Source of the DNA: a virus | Lineage: Duplodnaviria; Caudoviricetes | Length of the DNA stretch: 58,991 nucleotides | Direction: 5' to 3' (one strand) | IMG/VR virus record: IMGVR_UViG_3300043432_000110 | Location: 1-58,991 of that record | Shown here: piece by piece, positions 47,899-56,714 of the stretch | Layout: the number at the start of each line of letters is the position of its first letter | Numbering within the stretch: the stretch's first letter is position 1 | Position numbers and translations under genes: made by a program | Notes under the pieces: generated by a model | Told to the model about the DNA's origin: nothing | The model's database searches: none | What the model saw: only the letters and a program-made list of their open reading frames with translations

Positions 47899-48317
47899 CG
47901 AACCTCGTTGCATTCCTTGGAGCAATCACGAACGTAGCGATGGTGTGCAGCAATGTTGCAGTCACCTCGCTGTCCGAAGTGCGAGTGGACCGTGTCCTCG
48001 TTACCAACTGGACCGGGCACGTGCAGAACGGGCGCGAGCTCGGCGCGGTCTGCACGAACCACATCCTGACCGTCGTCTATGAGCAGGAGACGAACGTGTT
48101 CAACCTGAAGTGCGTGTCTGCCGACTGGCACGTGTGGAGGCCGGTCGCGCCGATAACGAACACCTGGGGCAGTTACGTTCTGACGAACTACGGTCCTTGG
48201 GTTATCCCGTCGCCGCCGTCGACTCTGTGGATCACGAACGAGACGCATAGCTACTTGACGAATGTTTCGGTGGGGAGGTGGCCGACAAGCGTTCAGAACG
48301 CAGAGGCTAAACCATGA
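47895..48317 (+). CDS. TN-rich hypothetical protein with hydrophobic N-terminus
   Basis: 9 TN in 140 aa. Confidence 0.6.
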   Translation: MTNLVAFLGAITNVAMVCSNVAVTSLSEVRVDRVLVTNWTGHVQNGRELGAVCTNHILTVVYEQETNVFNLKCVSADWHVWRPVAPITNTWGSYVLTNYGPWVIPSPPSTLWITNETHSYLTNVSVGRWPTSVQNAEAKP

Positions 48318-48692
48318 AGGAACAAACCGAACAGCTCGCGCCGGAAGAGTGCCGTTACATCTACGAGGAGCGTGCGGCCATCCACGAGTTCTTGGGCGGA
48401 CTGCCCCGGCACCTGGCCGAAGTGCGGGCGTTCCTGGAGACGGGAGGATCGGAGTGAACGCATCCGATTCGGCGATTTTGTTGGCGTGGGAAGTCGAAAT
48501 CTCCGGCATGCGCTGTATCTGTTTCGCTACTACGAAAGCCAAGGCGCAATGGTTGGTGACCAAAAGTTATTGGGAAGCATACGGGCGTAGGTCCGGTGTG
48601 TGGCCGAGAGCAAAAGCGTGGCGGGCGGAACGCTATGACAATAGCCGCCGGGCAATCGAAACGCCGCAGCGGGCATGGAGTGAAGATCAGGT

Positions 48693-49253
48693 ATGAGCAA
48701 GCGCAAACCGCAACACGCCCCGCTGACAGACCGCGAGGCCAAGTTCGTGCATGAGTGGTTGTCGAGTTTCAACGCGGTTGAAGCCGCCAGAAAGGCCGGA
48801 TACGGAAGGACTTACAACGCAATCGCCGTGACCGGCCACCGCTTGCTAAGGTCGGCTAAAATTAGACATTATCTTGATAGACATTTGCGAGATTCGCAGT
48901 TCGGGCCGGAACAGGTCAAGGCTAGGCTCGCTGAACTGGCGAACAACGGGCCGGGAAACCTGATGACAGAAGATGGTAGGGTAAACATAAGGAAACTCCG
49001 GGCAAAACCGTGGCTGTGCGACAGCTACCAAGCAGCGGGCAAGACGACGGGCGAGAAGATCACCACGCCTAGCAGCTTGGAAGCGCTGAAGACGATAGCG
49101 CACTACCATGGTATGCTGAAGGGCGACAGATCGCAGGCAGGAGAGGACAGCGGCCCGACCGTCATCGTGGTGCAGGTCGCGCCGCCGGCGGAACCGAAGC
49201 AGGCGACAGTGGAAGTTGAAAGTGAAGCCAAGCAGATCGGGGACGGACAATGA
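48693..49253 (+). CDS. terS: Terminase small subunit
   Basis: LTDREAKFV...NAVEAARKAGY...RLL. Confidence 0.85.
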   Translation: MSKRKPQHAPLTDREAKFVHEWLSSFNAVEAARKAGYGRTYNAIAVTGHRLLRSAKIRHYLDRHLRDSQFGPEQVKARLAELANNGPGNLMTEDGRVNIRKLRAKPWLCDSYQAAGKTTGEKITTPSSLEALKTIAHYHGMLKGDRSQAGEDSGPTVIVVQVAPPAEPKQATVEVESEAKQIGDGQ

Positions 49254-49470
49254 AGACCAGACGGTCGCATATTTACGTCAAATGTCCTGAATGCGAGCAT
49301 GTATTCGAGGATTCGGAAACTTTTTGGTGGGGATTCGATCGTGAGGGCGATCCAACAGTGGAAAACATTTCCTGTCCGAAATGTTACGCAAGCACGAAGC
49401 CGTTCGATCGAAGGCGGCGACAATATAGTTATGAATCCTTTGCGGTAGTTGATCCGCGTAAGATGTAGCC

Positions 49471-50766
49471 GTGAAGCCAAGCAAATCCAAGGCTGAACCG
49501 CGCAAGGTGGTTTATACGCTGCGCGGCGGGCCGGGTGAACTGTTCTCGTCAACCGAGCACGAAGTCATCTGCGCCGGGCCGGCTGACAGTTCCAAGACGT
49601 TCGCCGGCTGTCTCAAGGCACACGACATCTGTTCAAACTTTCCGGGTGCGCAAGGCGCGATGGTCCGCAAGACATACGCGTCGCTCGCAGGTTCAGCGGT
49701 CAAGACGTTTCAGCGCATCACCAAGGGATCGGGCGTGGAGGACTTCGGCGGCGAGACTCCATCTGCGTTCATCTACCCGAACGGGAGCAAGATTTGGCTC
49801 GGTGGCATGGACAACTCCAACCGGGTGTTGTCGAGCGAGCGCGACTTTATATTCGTGCCACAGGCGGAGGAGCTGACCGAGTCTGAGTGGGAAATTCTTA
49901 GCACACGCTGCACCGGGCGTGGCGCGGTGGTTAAGAACGCGCAGCTTTACGGAGACTGCAACCCTGCCGGGAGCAAGCACTGGATACGGACGCGCAAGAG
50001 TCTGCGGCTGCTGCGGGCGACGCACAAGGACAACCCGGACTTGTATGACGACGCCGGGAACATCACGGACGAGGGCAGGAAGCGCATCGGCTTGCTTGAG
50101 GAGTCGCTGACTGGTGTTCGGCGCAAGCGACTGTTGGAAGGCATCTGGGCGACGGCCGAGGGCGCGGTTTACGAGATGTTCGACGTGGCGGTTCACGTGA
50201 AGGTCCGGGAGAGGTCGGAGATGCAGCGGTTCTACTTCGCGCTCGACGACGGCTTCACGAACCCGGCGGTGATCCTGGACATCGGCAGCGACAGCGACGG
50301 GCGCTGGCACGTGTTCCGTGAGTTCTACAAGCGCGGCTGGGTGCAGGACGACGTGGCTGGCGTGGCGGCGGACTGGCATAAGGAGCGGCGTGTTGACTTG
50401 GCGGCGGTTGACGAGGCAGCCGCTGGGCTGGTCGAGGCGCTGAAGCGGAAGGGGTTGCCGGCAAGGGGCGGCAAGGGCAGGATCACGGACGGTATAGCGA
50501 CGATACAGGCGCGGCTCAAGGTGCAGGCGGATGGGAAACCGAGACTGACAGTTGACCCGTCGTGCGTCGAGACGATCAATGAGTTCGAGTCCTACGTGTG
50601 GAAGCCGGAGAAGGACGTGCCGGTTGATGATGACAACCACAGCATGGGTGCGCTGCGTTATCTTGCAGACGTGCTTTCGGGCGCGACGGGCGGACAAGTG
50701 AGCGTGCAATCGTCGGCCTACGGCGGCTCGCTGGGCGGCGTGAACAGGAGGGAGACGCTGACGTGA
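49471..50766 (+). CDS. terL: Terminase large subunit
   Basis: Walker-A-like GPADSSKT, DCNP, KRLLEGIW, DDGFTNP, DNHSMGALRY. Confidence 0.92.
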   Translation: MKPSKSKAEPRKVVYTLRGGPGELFSSTEHEVICAGPADSSKTFAGCLKAHDICSNFPGAQGAMVRKTYASLAGSAVKTFQRITKGSGVEDFGGETPSAFIYPNGSKIWLGGMDNSNRVLSSERDFIFVPQAEELTESEWEILSTRCTGRGAVVKNAQLYGDCNPAGSKHWIRTRKSLRLLRATHKDNPDLYDDAGNITDEGRKRIGLLEESLTGVRRKRLLEGIWATAEGAVYEMFDVAVHVKVRERSEMQRFYFALDDGFTNPAVILDIGSDSDGRWHVFREFYKRGWVQDDVAGVAADWHKERRVDLAAVDEAAAGLVEALKRKGLPARGGKGRITDGIATIQARLKVQADGKPRLTVDPSCVETINEFESYVWKPEKDVPVDDDNHSMGALRYLADVLSGATGGQVSVQSSAYGGSLGGVNRRETLT

Positions 50767-50953
50767 CAGCCAACGGCGGCATCTTGGCGAAGCACAACGT
50801 GGGCGGGTGCTTGTGCAACGGCTGGCGGCCCACGGTTGAGGCGCTGACGCGGGAGGGGCGCGAGCGAAACCGGAAGTTCGTGCAAGACTACATGGAGGCG
50901 CACCCTGGCGAAGTGACCAAGCCGGTGCAGCCGAAGGAAGAAAAGGAAGAGCG

Positions 50954-51361
50954 ATGAACAAGACAATCAGAGTGAAAGTCGCGCCGTTCGGTGAATACAG
51001 AACGCAGGCTGGTACTGAGGTGTTCGACGCGGAAGGTGTTGGAGAGGCTGTGAAGGCCAGCAATGGTCGGCTGTTCGGCGAGCCTATCTATCACGGCTTC
51101 CCACATTTCAAGGGTCAAGAAGCTCCATCGAAAGCGAGACTTGCCGGAAGGGTAAAGCGGCTTCTGATGACGGAGTGGGGATTAGAGGCGGACATCTCGT
51201 TGACCAAGTTCGGGCGTTCGCTGGCAGAGCAGGGCGGTTACTGTGCGGCGGACCACGGGACATTCAGGTCGCTGGGAGAAGGTAGGTTTCGCTTTGAACG
51301 GTTGCTGGCGCTAGGCCTGACCAAGAACCCGGCGTTGCCGATACCGGAGGTGAAGCTGTGA
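50954..51361 (+). CDS. Degenerate paralogue of the prohead protease
   Basis: APFG, GRVKRL, GL-A, LGLTKNPALP align by eye to the 55768 protein. Confidence 0.6.
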   Translation: MNKTIRVKVAPFGEYRTQAGTEVFDAEGVGEAVKASNGRLFGEPIYHGFPHFKGQEAPSKARLAGRVKRLLMTEWGLEADISLTKFGRSLAEQGGYCAADHGTFRSLGEGRFRFERLLALGLTKNPALPIPEVKL

Positions 51362-51648
51362 ACGGGCTGTGCGCCGAGTGCGGTGGGATGTGCTGCAAAG
51401 TGTTGCGCGTCGAGACGCCGACGCCGGACCACGTGCGCTGGCTTGAGGGTCGGGCGGTTGAGACTTCCGCCGACGAGACGGGCGCGTACGCGTTCGTCCC
51501 CTGCGTGTGTCGCCACCTGACCGGGGACGGCAAGTGCGGCATACAAGACAGTAAGCCGGTGTTCTGCGCTCTAGCGCCGGTGGGCGGCGAGATGTGCCGG
51601 CAAGTGCTGCGGAAGTTCAGGCCGGACCTGCTGGCGAGGCTCAAATGA
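51358..51648 (+). CDS. YkgJ-like Cys-cluster protein
   Basis: CxxCGGMCC...CRHL...GKCGI...KPVFC. Confidence 0.8.
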   Translation: MNGLCAECGGMCCKVLRVETPTPDHVRWLEGRAVETSADETGAYAFVPCVCRHLTGDGKCGIQDSKPVFCALAPVGGEMCRQVLRKFRPDLLARLK

Positions 51649-51865
51649 TTAACATTGCAAAGTCAGGCGGGCGTTTCGAGTGGTGGCTAGTGCAAGTTCT
51701 GAGCATGGTTGTCTTGGTGGAGTATGTTATGATTGTCACGGGATGGGTTGAGAGTGCGTGGGAGAGTGGCGGCGTGTTTGTGACGCTGGCGAACTTCTGG
51801 AAGCCGCTAGTCGTGTTTCCGCTAGGTAGTGCTGCCATCGGGTTGCCGGAAATTTATTTGAGGAA

Positions 51866-52291
51866 ATGACAACGGACAGCAGAAAGATCAATCGTAGGAA
51901 CAGGCTGGAGTTGCCGTTCTGGTATCAAGACCAGACGGTGATTGCCAGAGAAGACGTTTACGGTATTCAGCTTGACGACCGGGAGTGTGACGCACGACAA
52001 AACTACGAGTCTAGGTTTTTCGAGTTCAACTTTACAGAGTCGTTCAAGCACCACGAGTCTCCGGCCTGCGCTGAGCCGGTGGAAACTAAGCCAGTGGAAA
52101 CTCCACTTGCAGTGGAACACGACATGGGATTCGAGAGTCACGTTTCCTATGACAAGGATATTCGGTTCGGAGACCAGTTGCTTCCTGGCAATGTTGTGCG
52201 CCGCAAGGTGAATGGTCTTGTTCTTTACTTGTCGTTTGACCCGTCGAAGATGTTCAGTCCCCTTACATTGCGATCAATCGCGGAATTTTAA
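51866..52291 (+). CDS. Hypothetical protein
   Basis: Coupled ORF. Confidence 0.5.
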   Translation: MTTDSRKINRRNRLELPFWYQDQTVIAREDVYGIQLDDRECDARQNYESRFFEFNFTESFKHHESPACAEPVETKPVETPLAVEHDMGFESHVSYDKDIRFGDQLLPGNVVRRKVNGLVLYLSFDPSKMFSPLTLRSIAEF

Positions 52292-52342
52292 TGCGAAACT
52301 TTCCGCTTGCCTTTCCTGAGCGTATAGCTTAAAGCAAAAGCA

Positions 52343-53926
52343 ATGGCTGCTAGAACGCCTTCAACTCGCGGCGCGGTTGCCCTCAACGAACCGCGCATAA
52401 CCCCCACCCCACCTGTCCCGACCGATTCTGGCAATGGAGGTGGCCAGACCAGCCTTGTCACAGCCACGCGGCGCTACAACCAGCTTCAGACGCGATACAG
52501 CATCGCCAAGCTGACCGCCGCGACGCTGGTTAGTGAGATAAGGAACTTCAAGGCCGGCTACCTGACGCCGTTCGCGCAGCGCATGGAGGAGATCGAGGAA
52601 CGGGATGACGTGCTTAAGAGCGTTATTCCGAAGCGCGAGGCGTCCGTCAAGAGGCTCAAATGGCAGGTGTTGGTGAATGAGGACGTGGAGGAAGGCGAGA
52701 AGGAAGCGGCTGATGAACACCGGAAAGCGCTGTTCGACTTCTACAACACGATGGCCGTGACGCACGCGATGGACGCGAACCTGAAGGGCGGCTTCTCGTC
52801 GTTCGTTGAGTTCGCCATGAAGTGCGTCGGGCATAGGTGGTCCGCTTTCGAGATGATATGGAAGCCGACGACTGAGGGGCTGGCTGCGGAGGCGGTGTTC
52901 GTGCCGCTGCGGTTCTTCGAGAATAGGACTGGGCAACTACGTTTCCTGGCGAGTGACTTCGCGACGTTCGGCGATGAGTTGAACGAAAACGGATGGGTGG
53001 TGTTCTGTGGGCCGGGTTTGCTAGAGCCGTGCGCGGTCAACTACCTCATCAAGGACCTGGCGCGCACGAGCTGGCTGATTTATTGCCAGAACCAGGGCAT
53101 GCCGGGGATCGTCGGCAAGACGACGGCGGGCTACCAGAGCGCGCAGTGGACGGCGTTCAACACGGCTCTGGGCGACCTGCTGGCGGGCAACACGCTGCTG
53201 ATGGGCGAGGGCGACTCGGTGGAGAAGCTGGACCTGAGCGCGCAGGGGACGCTGCCGTTCCCGGAACTGATTCGGGAACAGAACGAGCGGATGGCAACGC
53301 TCTGGCGTGGCGGCAGCAAGAGCACGATCAGCACGGGCGGCCCTGACCAGACCGGGGTGACGCTGCAAGCGGACGAAGAGACGAAGCTGGCGGCGGACGA
53401 CGGACAACGGTTGAGCGACACGCTGAACCAGACGCTTGACAAGATCGTGATCGAGTGGACGTTCGGCGAGGGGGTGAAACCGCTGGCCTACGTGAAGATC
53501 GCGCCGCCGCAAACCATTGACGCGGACAGGGACATCAAGGTGTTCACGTTCCTTGGGGAGAGCGGCGTGACGCTGGGCAAACAACAGCTCAGGGAACACT
53601 TCAGCGTGGGCGAACCGGCAGAAGGCGACGAGCCTGTGACCGTGCCGAAGCCGAAGCCGGCGTTCGGGCAACCGCAGTTGGACGCGGACGGCAATCCACT
53701 TATGGACACGGGCGCATTAGATGAAGGCGCGCAAGACGAAGCGACGCCGGAAGAGTTGCAGAAGGAACTCAACGCGAAGCGTGCGGAACTTCGGGGACAG
53801 GCGGGCAACGAGAAGCTGACGCAGGTGGACCTGCTCAAGAGCCTGAACACGCCTCGCAACGCTCGGGCGCTGAACGAACTGTTGCGGAGCGGTCAACTGA
53901 ACGAACTGGCGAACACCAAACCATGA
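52343..53926 (+). CDS. Portal protein (Mu gp29/DUF935-like)
   Basis: EEIEERD...KREASV, SAFEMIW, GMPGIVGK, LSDTLNQTL. Confidence 0.88.
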   Translation: MAARTPSTRGAVALNEPRITPTPPVPTDSGNGGGQTSLVTATRRYNQLQTRYSIAKLTAATLVSEIRNFKAGYLTPFAQRMEEIEERDDVLKSVIPKREASVKRLKWQVLVNEDVEEGEKEAADEHRKALFDFYNTMAVTHAMDANLKGGFSSFVEFAMKCVGHRWSAFEMIWKPTTEGLAAEAVFVPLRFFENRTGQLRFLASDFATFGDELNENGWVVFCGPGLLEPCAVNYLIKDLARTSWLIYCQNQGMPGIVGKTTAGYQSAQWTAFNTALGDLLAGNTLLMGEGDSVEKLDLSAQGTLPFPELIREQNERMATLWRGGSKSTISTGGPDQTGVTLQADEETKLAADDGQRLSDTLNQTLDKIVIEWTFGEGVKPLAYVKIAPPQTIDADRDIKVFTFLGESGVTLGKQQLREHFSVGEPAEGDEPVTVPKPKPAFGQPQLDADGNPLMDTGALDEGAQDEATPEELQKELNAKRAELRGQAGNEKLTQVDLLKSLNTPRNARALNELLRSGQLNELANTKP

Positions 53927-54120
53927 GCGAACCAACGAACTACCAGCGGGAGAAGGCGACGGAAGTTGTGCAGGTGTGTTTAACACCGACCGTGGCGGAG
54001 CGGGTGCGCGAGGCGGCCAACACGACATTCAACGGCAACGTGAGCGGCTGGGCGAAACAACAGTTGGCGGAAGCGGCGCAGCGGGTGGTGGAGAAATACA
54101 AACAAAGGACTTGCAACTAG
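53923..54120 (+). CDS. Ribbon-helix-helix regulator
   Basis: VVQVCLT strand + ERVREAA + NVSGWAKQQL. Confidence 0.6.
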   Translation: MSEPTNYQREKATEVVQVCLTPTVAERVREAANTTFNGNVSGWAKQQLAEAAQRVVEKYKQRTCN

Positions 54121-54277
54121 GTCAGTGATTGGTTAGGCTTTGACTGTAACGGATTGCAGCCCGTGAACAGAAACCAAAAACAAATTTGCACCCACTCGAC
54201 GGCGGGGAGAATCCTCTTGGGATTTTCCGCTGCAACCCTGTTGGATGGGTGCTCGTGGGAGCGAAAGCTCAACTCAT

Positions 54278-54506
54278 GGCACGGCAGGCGCGGTTATCCC
54301 TTGTTCGGCAGAGTCGAGTCTGGTTTAGTTCGGTAGGCATGGCAGGATTGGCAAGACTCGGTTCGTCTGGTTAAGGTCTTGTTCATTATGGCAGGTAGGG
54401 TAGGACTGGTATCGGATTGTTGGGGTTTGTCGGGGTTGGTGTGGCAGGCAAGGCATCATCAGTCGTGACGGGGCAAGGCTGGGCAATGAGTGGAGCGAGT
54501 AGCAGG
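54278..54506 (+). repeat. Period-5 (GGY-like + NN) repeat array, four units delimited by GGCAGG; candidate guide-RNA array
   Basis: GGCAGG at 54283, 54341, 54390, 54443 and AGCAGG at 54501; 5-nt periodicity between them. Confidence 0.8.
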
Positions 54507-54516
54507 AAGGAAGCAA

Positions 54517-55164
54517 ATGCAGAAAACGAAGTCGGTTGTTCAAATCACACCGCCGAACATTCAAACGGCGGCTTTCACCATCGAGGGCCTTACGCCGCTC
54601 GTTCAACATCGGTTCTCGGTCAAGGCCAAGCAGGGCATGATTGAGAAAGTCGAGGAGGGTTCAAAGCCTAGCAAGGGCAAGAACAAACACGCCGCCACGG
54701 ACACGGACGACATCTACAACGCCGCCCGCTACATCTCAACGGAAGGCTGGGATGGCTTCAACGTCTCAGCCATTCGCTGCGCGATCATTCGGGCATGCAG
54801 TCTGGTCAACTTCAAGATGACGCTGGCTAAGTTGTCTGTTTGGGTGCTGGCGGACGGGCGCGACAAGTTCGAGCCGGAGTTTGGTTTGATCCGCATTTAC
54901 GGCAAGCCGCGCAAGCTAGAGTCTGTCGTGCGCGTGCCATCCACTGGGGCGAGCATGGTGGCGTTCCGCCCGATCTACGATGAATGGAAGGCGAAGATTC
55001 GGCTTCAGTTCGACGCGGACCAGTTCAGTCTGTCTGACGTGACAAACCTTCTCGCGCGTGCGGGGGCGCAAGTAGGCATCGGCGAGGGGCGCAACAGTTC
55101 TCCCGACTCGGCTGGAATGGGTTGGGGATCGTTTCACATCGTGAATGAAAAGGCGTCCGCATGA
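54517..55164 (+). CDS. Stand-alone Cas7/RAMP-like RNA-binding protein
   Basis: FTIEGLTPLVQH first strand, FNVSAIRCAI, RPIYDEW, C-terminal Gly-rich loop AGAQVGIGEGRN...GMGWGSF. Confidence 0.75.
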   Translation: MQKTKSVVQITPPNIQTAAFTIEGLTPLVQHRFSVKAKQGMIEKVEEGSKPSKGKNKHAATDTDDIYNAARYISTEGWDGFNVSAIRCAIIRACSLVNFKMTLAKLSVWVLADGRDKFEPEFGLIRIYGKPRKLESVVRVPSTGASMVAFRPIYDEWKAKIRLQFDADQFSLSDVTNLLARAGAQVGIGEGRNSSPDSAGMGWGSFHIVNEKASA

Positions 55165-55589
55165 AGCCGAGCAAGGTCGTTGCGGAACTGAAGCGCATCG
55201 CGCAGGAGAATGGAGGCGTGCTGCAACCGGAGACGGTTGTGGACGAGGCGCGTCCCGTTTCATCTCCGCTGCACTCAAGGTTTGAGTGGGACAACACGAT
55301 TGCCGGCCAACAATATCGCATCTGGCAGGCGCGGCAACTGATCCGTGTCGTGGTGGAGGTATTGGCGGGCACGGACGACGCAACAAACGTGTTCGTGAGC
55401 CTGTCCACCGACCGGGAGAAGGAGTCGGGCGGATACCGCGTCATGGCGCACGTCTTGACGGACGCTCAGATGCGGAAGCAAATGCTTGATGACGCGCTGG
55501 CGGAGCTGCGGACGTTCCAAGAGAAGTACCGCCGGCTCAAGGAATTGGTGGATGTGTTCGCGGCAATTCGCAGAGTCAAGAGAAAGTGA
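55161..55589 (+). CDS. Conserved partner protein of the RAMP-like gene
   Basis: LQPETVVDEARPVSSPLHSRFEWD...YRIWQARQLIR; ATGA-coupled to the RAMP gene. Confidence 0.75.
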   Translation: MKPSKVVAELKRIAQENGGVLQPETVVDEARPVSSPLHSRFEWDNTIAGQQYRIWQARQLIRVVVEVLAGTDDATNVFVSLSTDREKESGGYRVMAHVLTDAQMRKQMLDDALAELRTFQEKYRRLKELVDVFAAIRRVKRK

Positions 55590-55598
55590 AATGATAGA

Positions 55599-55664
55599 GG
55601 CGTGGCAGGCAAGGAGATGTCGGGCTAGATAATGCGAGACGGAGATAGGAGCGGTTTTGCCGGT
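55599..55664 (+). repeat. Fifth period-5 repeat unit
   Basis: GGC-GT-GGCA-GGC-AA-GGA-GA-TGT-CG-GGC-TA-GAT-AA-TGC-GA-GAC-GG-AGA-TA-GGA-GC-GGT-TT. Confidence 0.7.
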
Positions 55665-55696
55665 AACGGCGGGTCAGAAATGGCCCGCCGTTTTTT
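55665..55696 (+). terminator. Rho-independent terminator
   Basis: AACGGCGGGTCA-GAAA-TGGCCCGCCGTT followed by T-tract. Confidence 0.9.
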
Positions 55697-55767
55697 GCTT
55701 TCTATTAACAAATAATAGCCAGCAGGTTTTGCACTAGGCGAGGCTCATAGGCTAAAGAATAGGCGAG

Positions 55768-56670
55768 ATGAAGTACGTCTCGCCTTTTGCTTTGTTCGCC
55801 AACGAGTCGGCCAAGCCGAACCCGGGCGGAGAACTTTCGACTTGCTGGGCGAACGAGTTCAAGGATGCGGACGAAGGTTTGACGGTCGTTCAGCTTGCGC
55901 CGTTTGGCAGCTTCCCAAATGTTCAAGGACTTCAGGTTTTTCACCCAAAAGACGCGGCCAACATCACCAGTGACATCATCGCGAATGTGAAGATGCGGGT
56001 TGGGCCGGGCCTGCCTTGGTATGTTGGCCATCCGGACCACCCGCTGCACCGCGACAAATACAAGGACGGTTTGGCTTACGGCAGGATCAAGGCGCTGGAA
56101 GCGCGGAGCGACGCTAACTGTCCGGCGTGCGCAGCTTTCATGGCCAACTCGCAGAACGGCAACGAGCCGTGCCGGGAGCACGGTCTGTTCGCCAAGGTGA
56201 AGTTCAACGAGGCTGGCAAGAAGCTCATCGCGAATGAGGCATACGACGCGCACTCGGTCAACTGGCGGCTGCGGAAGCAGAAAGACGGCTGGCACCCGTT
56301 CAGCCTCAAGAGCGTAGGCTTCACGAACGAGCCGAACATCCCCGTGCCGGCGATCACGAGCGCGAACGAGCTGTGCGACTGCGAGTGGGCGGGCGACGAG
56401 GACCTGACGGCGGCGCACTTCAAAAAGCTGGCCGGCGTGAGAATGATGGCGAACGCGTGCGGCACGGATGAAGAAGCGAAGTACCAGACGATGAAGAACA
56501 GCTTCGGCCCGTGGCAGGACTGGGACGCGTGCATCCTGCACATGACGACCAAGGGCGGCTACGACATGGAAGCCGCGAAGAACGTGTGCGGTCGGCTCAA
56601 GGCGGACTTGGAAGGGGCGAACGCGATACCTGAACAGTTCAAGCGGCTTGCGAAGATGCGGAAGAAATGA
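55768..56670 (+). CDS. Prohead protease (Mu gpI-like)
   Basis: LAPFG, YVGHPDH, AYGRIKAL, YDAHSVNW, SVGFTNEPNIP. Confidence 0.85.
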   Translation: MKYVSPFALFANESAKPNPGGELSTCWANEFKDADEGLTVVQLAPFGSFPNVQGLQVFHPKDAANITSDIIANVKMRVGPGLPWYVGHPDHPLHRDKYKDGLAYGRIKALEARSDANCPACAAFMANSQNGNEPCREHGLFAKVKFNEAGKKLIANEAYDAHSVNWRLRKQKDGWHPFSLKSVGFTNEPNIPVPAITSANELCDCEWAGDEDLTAAHFKKLAGVRMMANACGTDEEAKYQTMKNSFGPWQDWDACILHMTTKGGYDMEAAKNVCGRLKADLEGANAIPEQFKRLAKMRKK

Positions 56671-56714
56671 ATTTGCCGCATGGAGCGGCGACAACCAACC
56701 GAACAAGAAATCAT

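Noticed and set aside
54119-54160. Additional degenerate period-5 unit before the leader (GGTTA GGCTT TGACT GTAAC GGATT)
   Set aside because: Short, weak periodicity and no GGCAGG boundary
54278-54506. Classical CRISPR array or protein-coding low-complexity ORFs (54154, 54186, 54325, 54417)
   Set aside because: No identical 25-40-nt repeats with spacers; period 5 does not fit codon structure and the ORFs are short with no recognisable motifs
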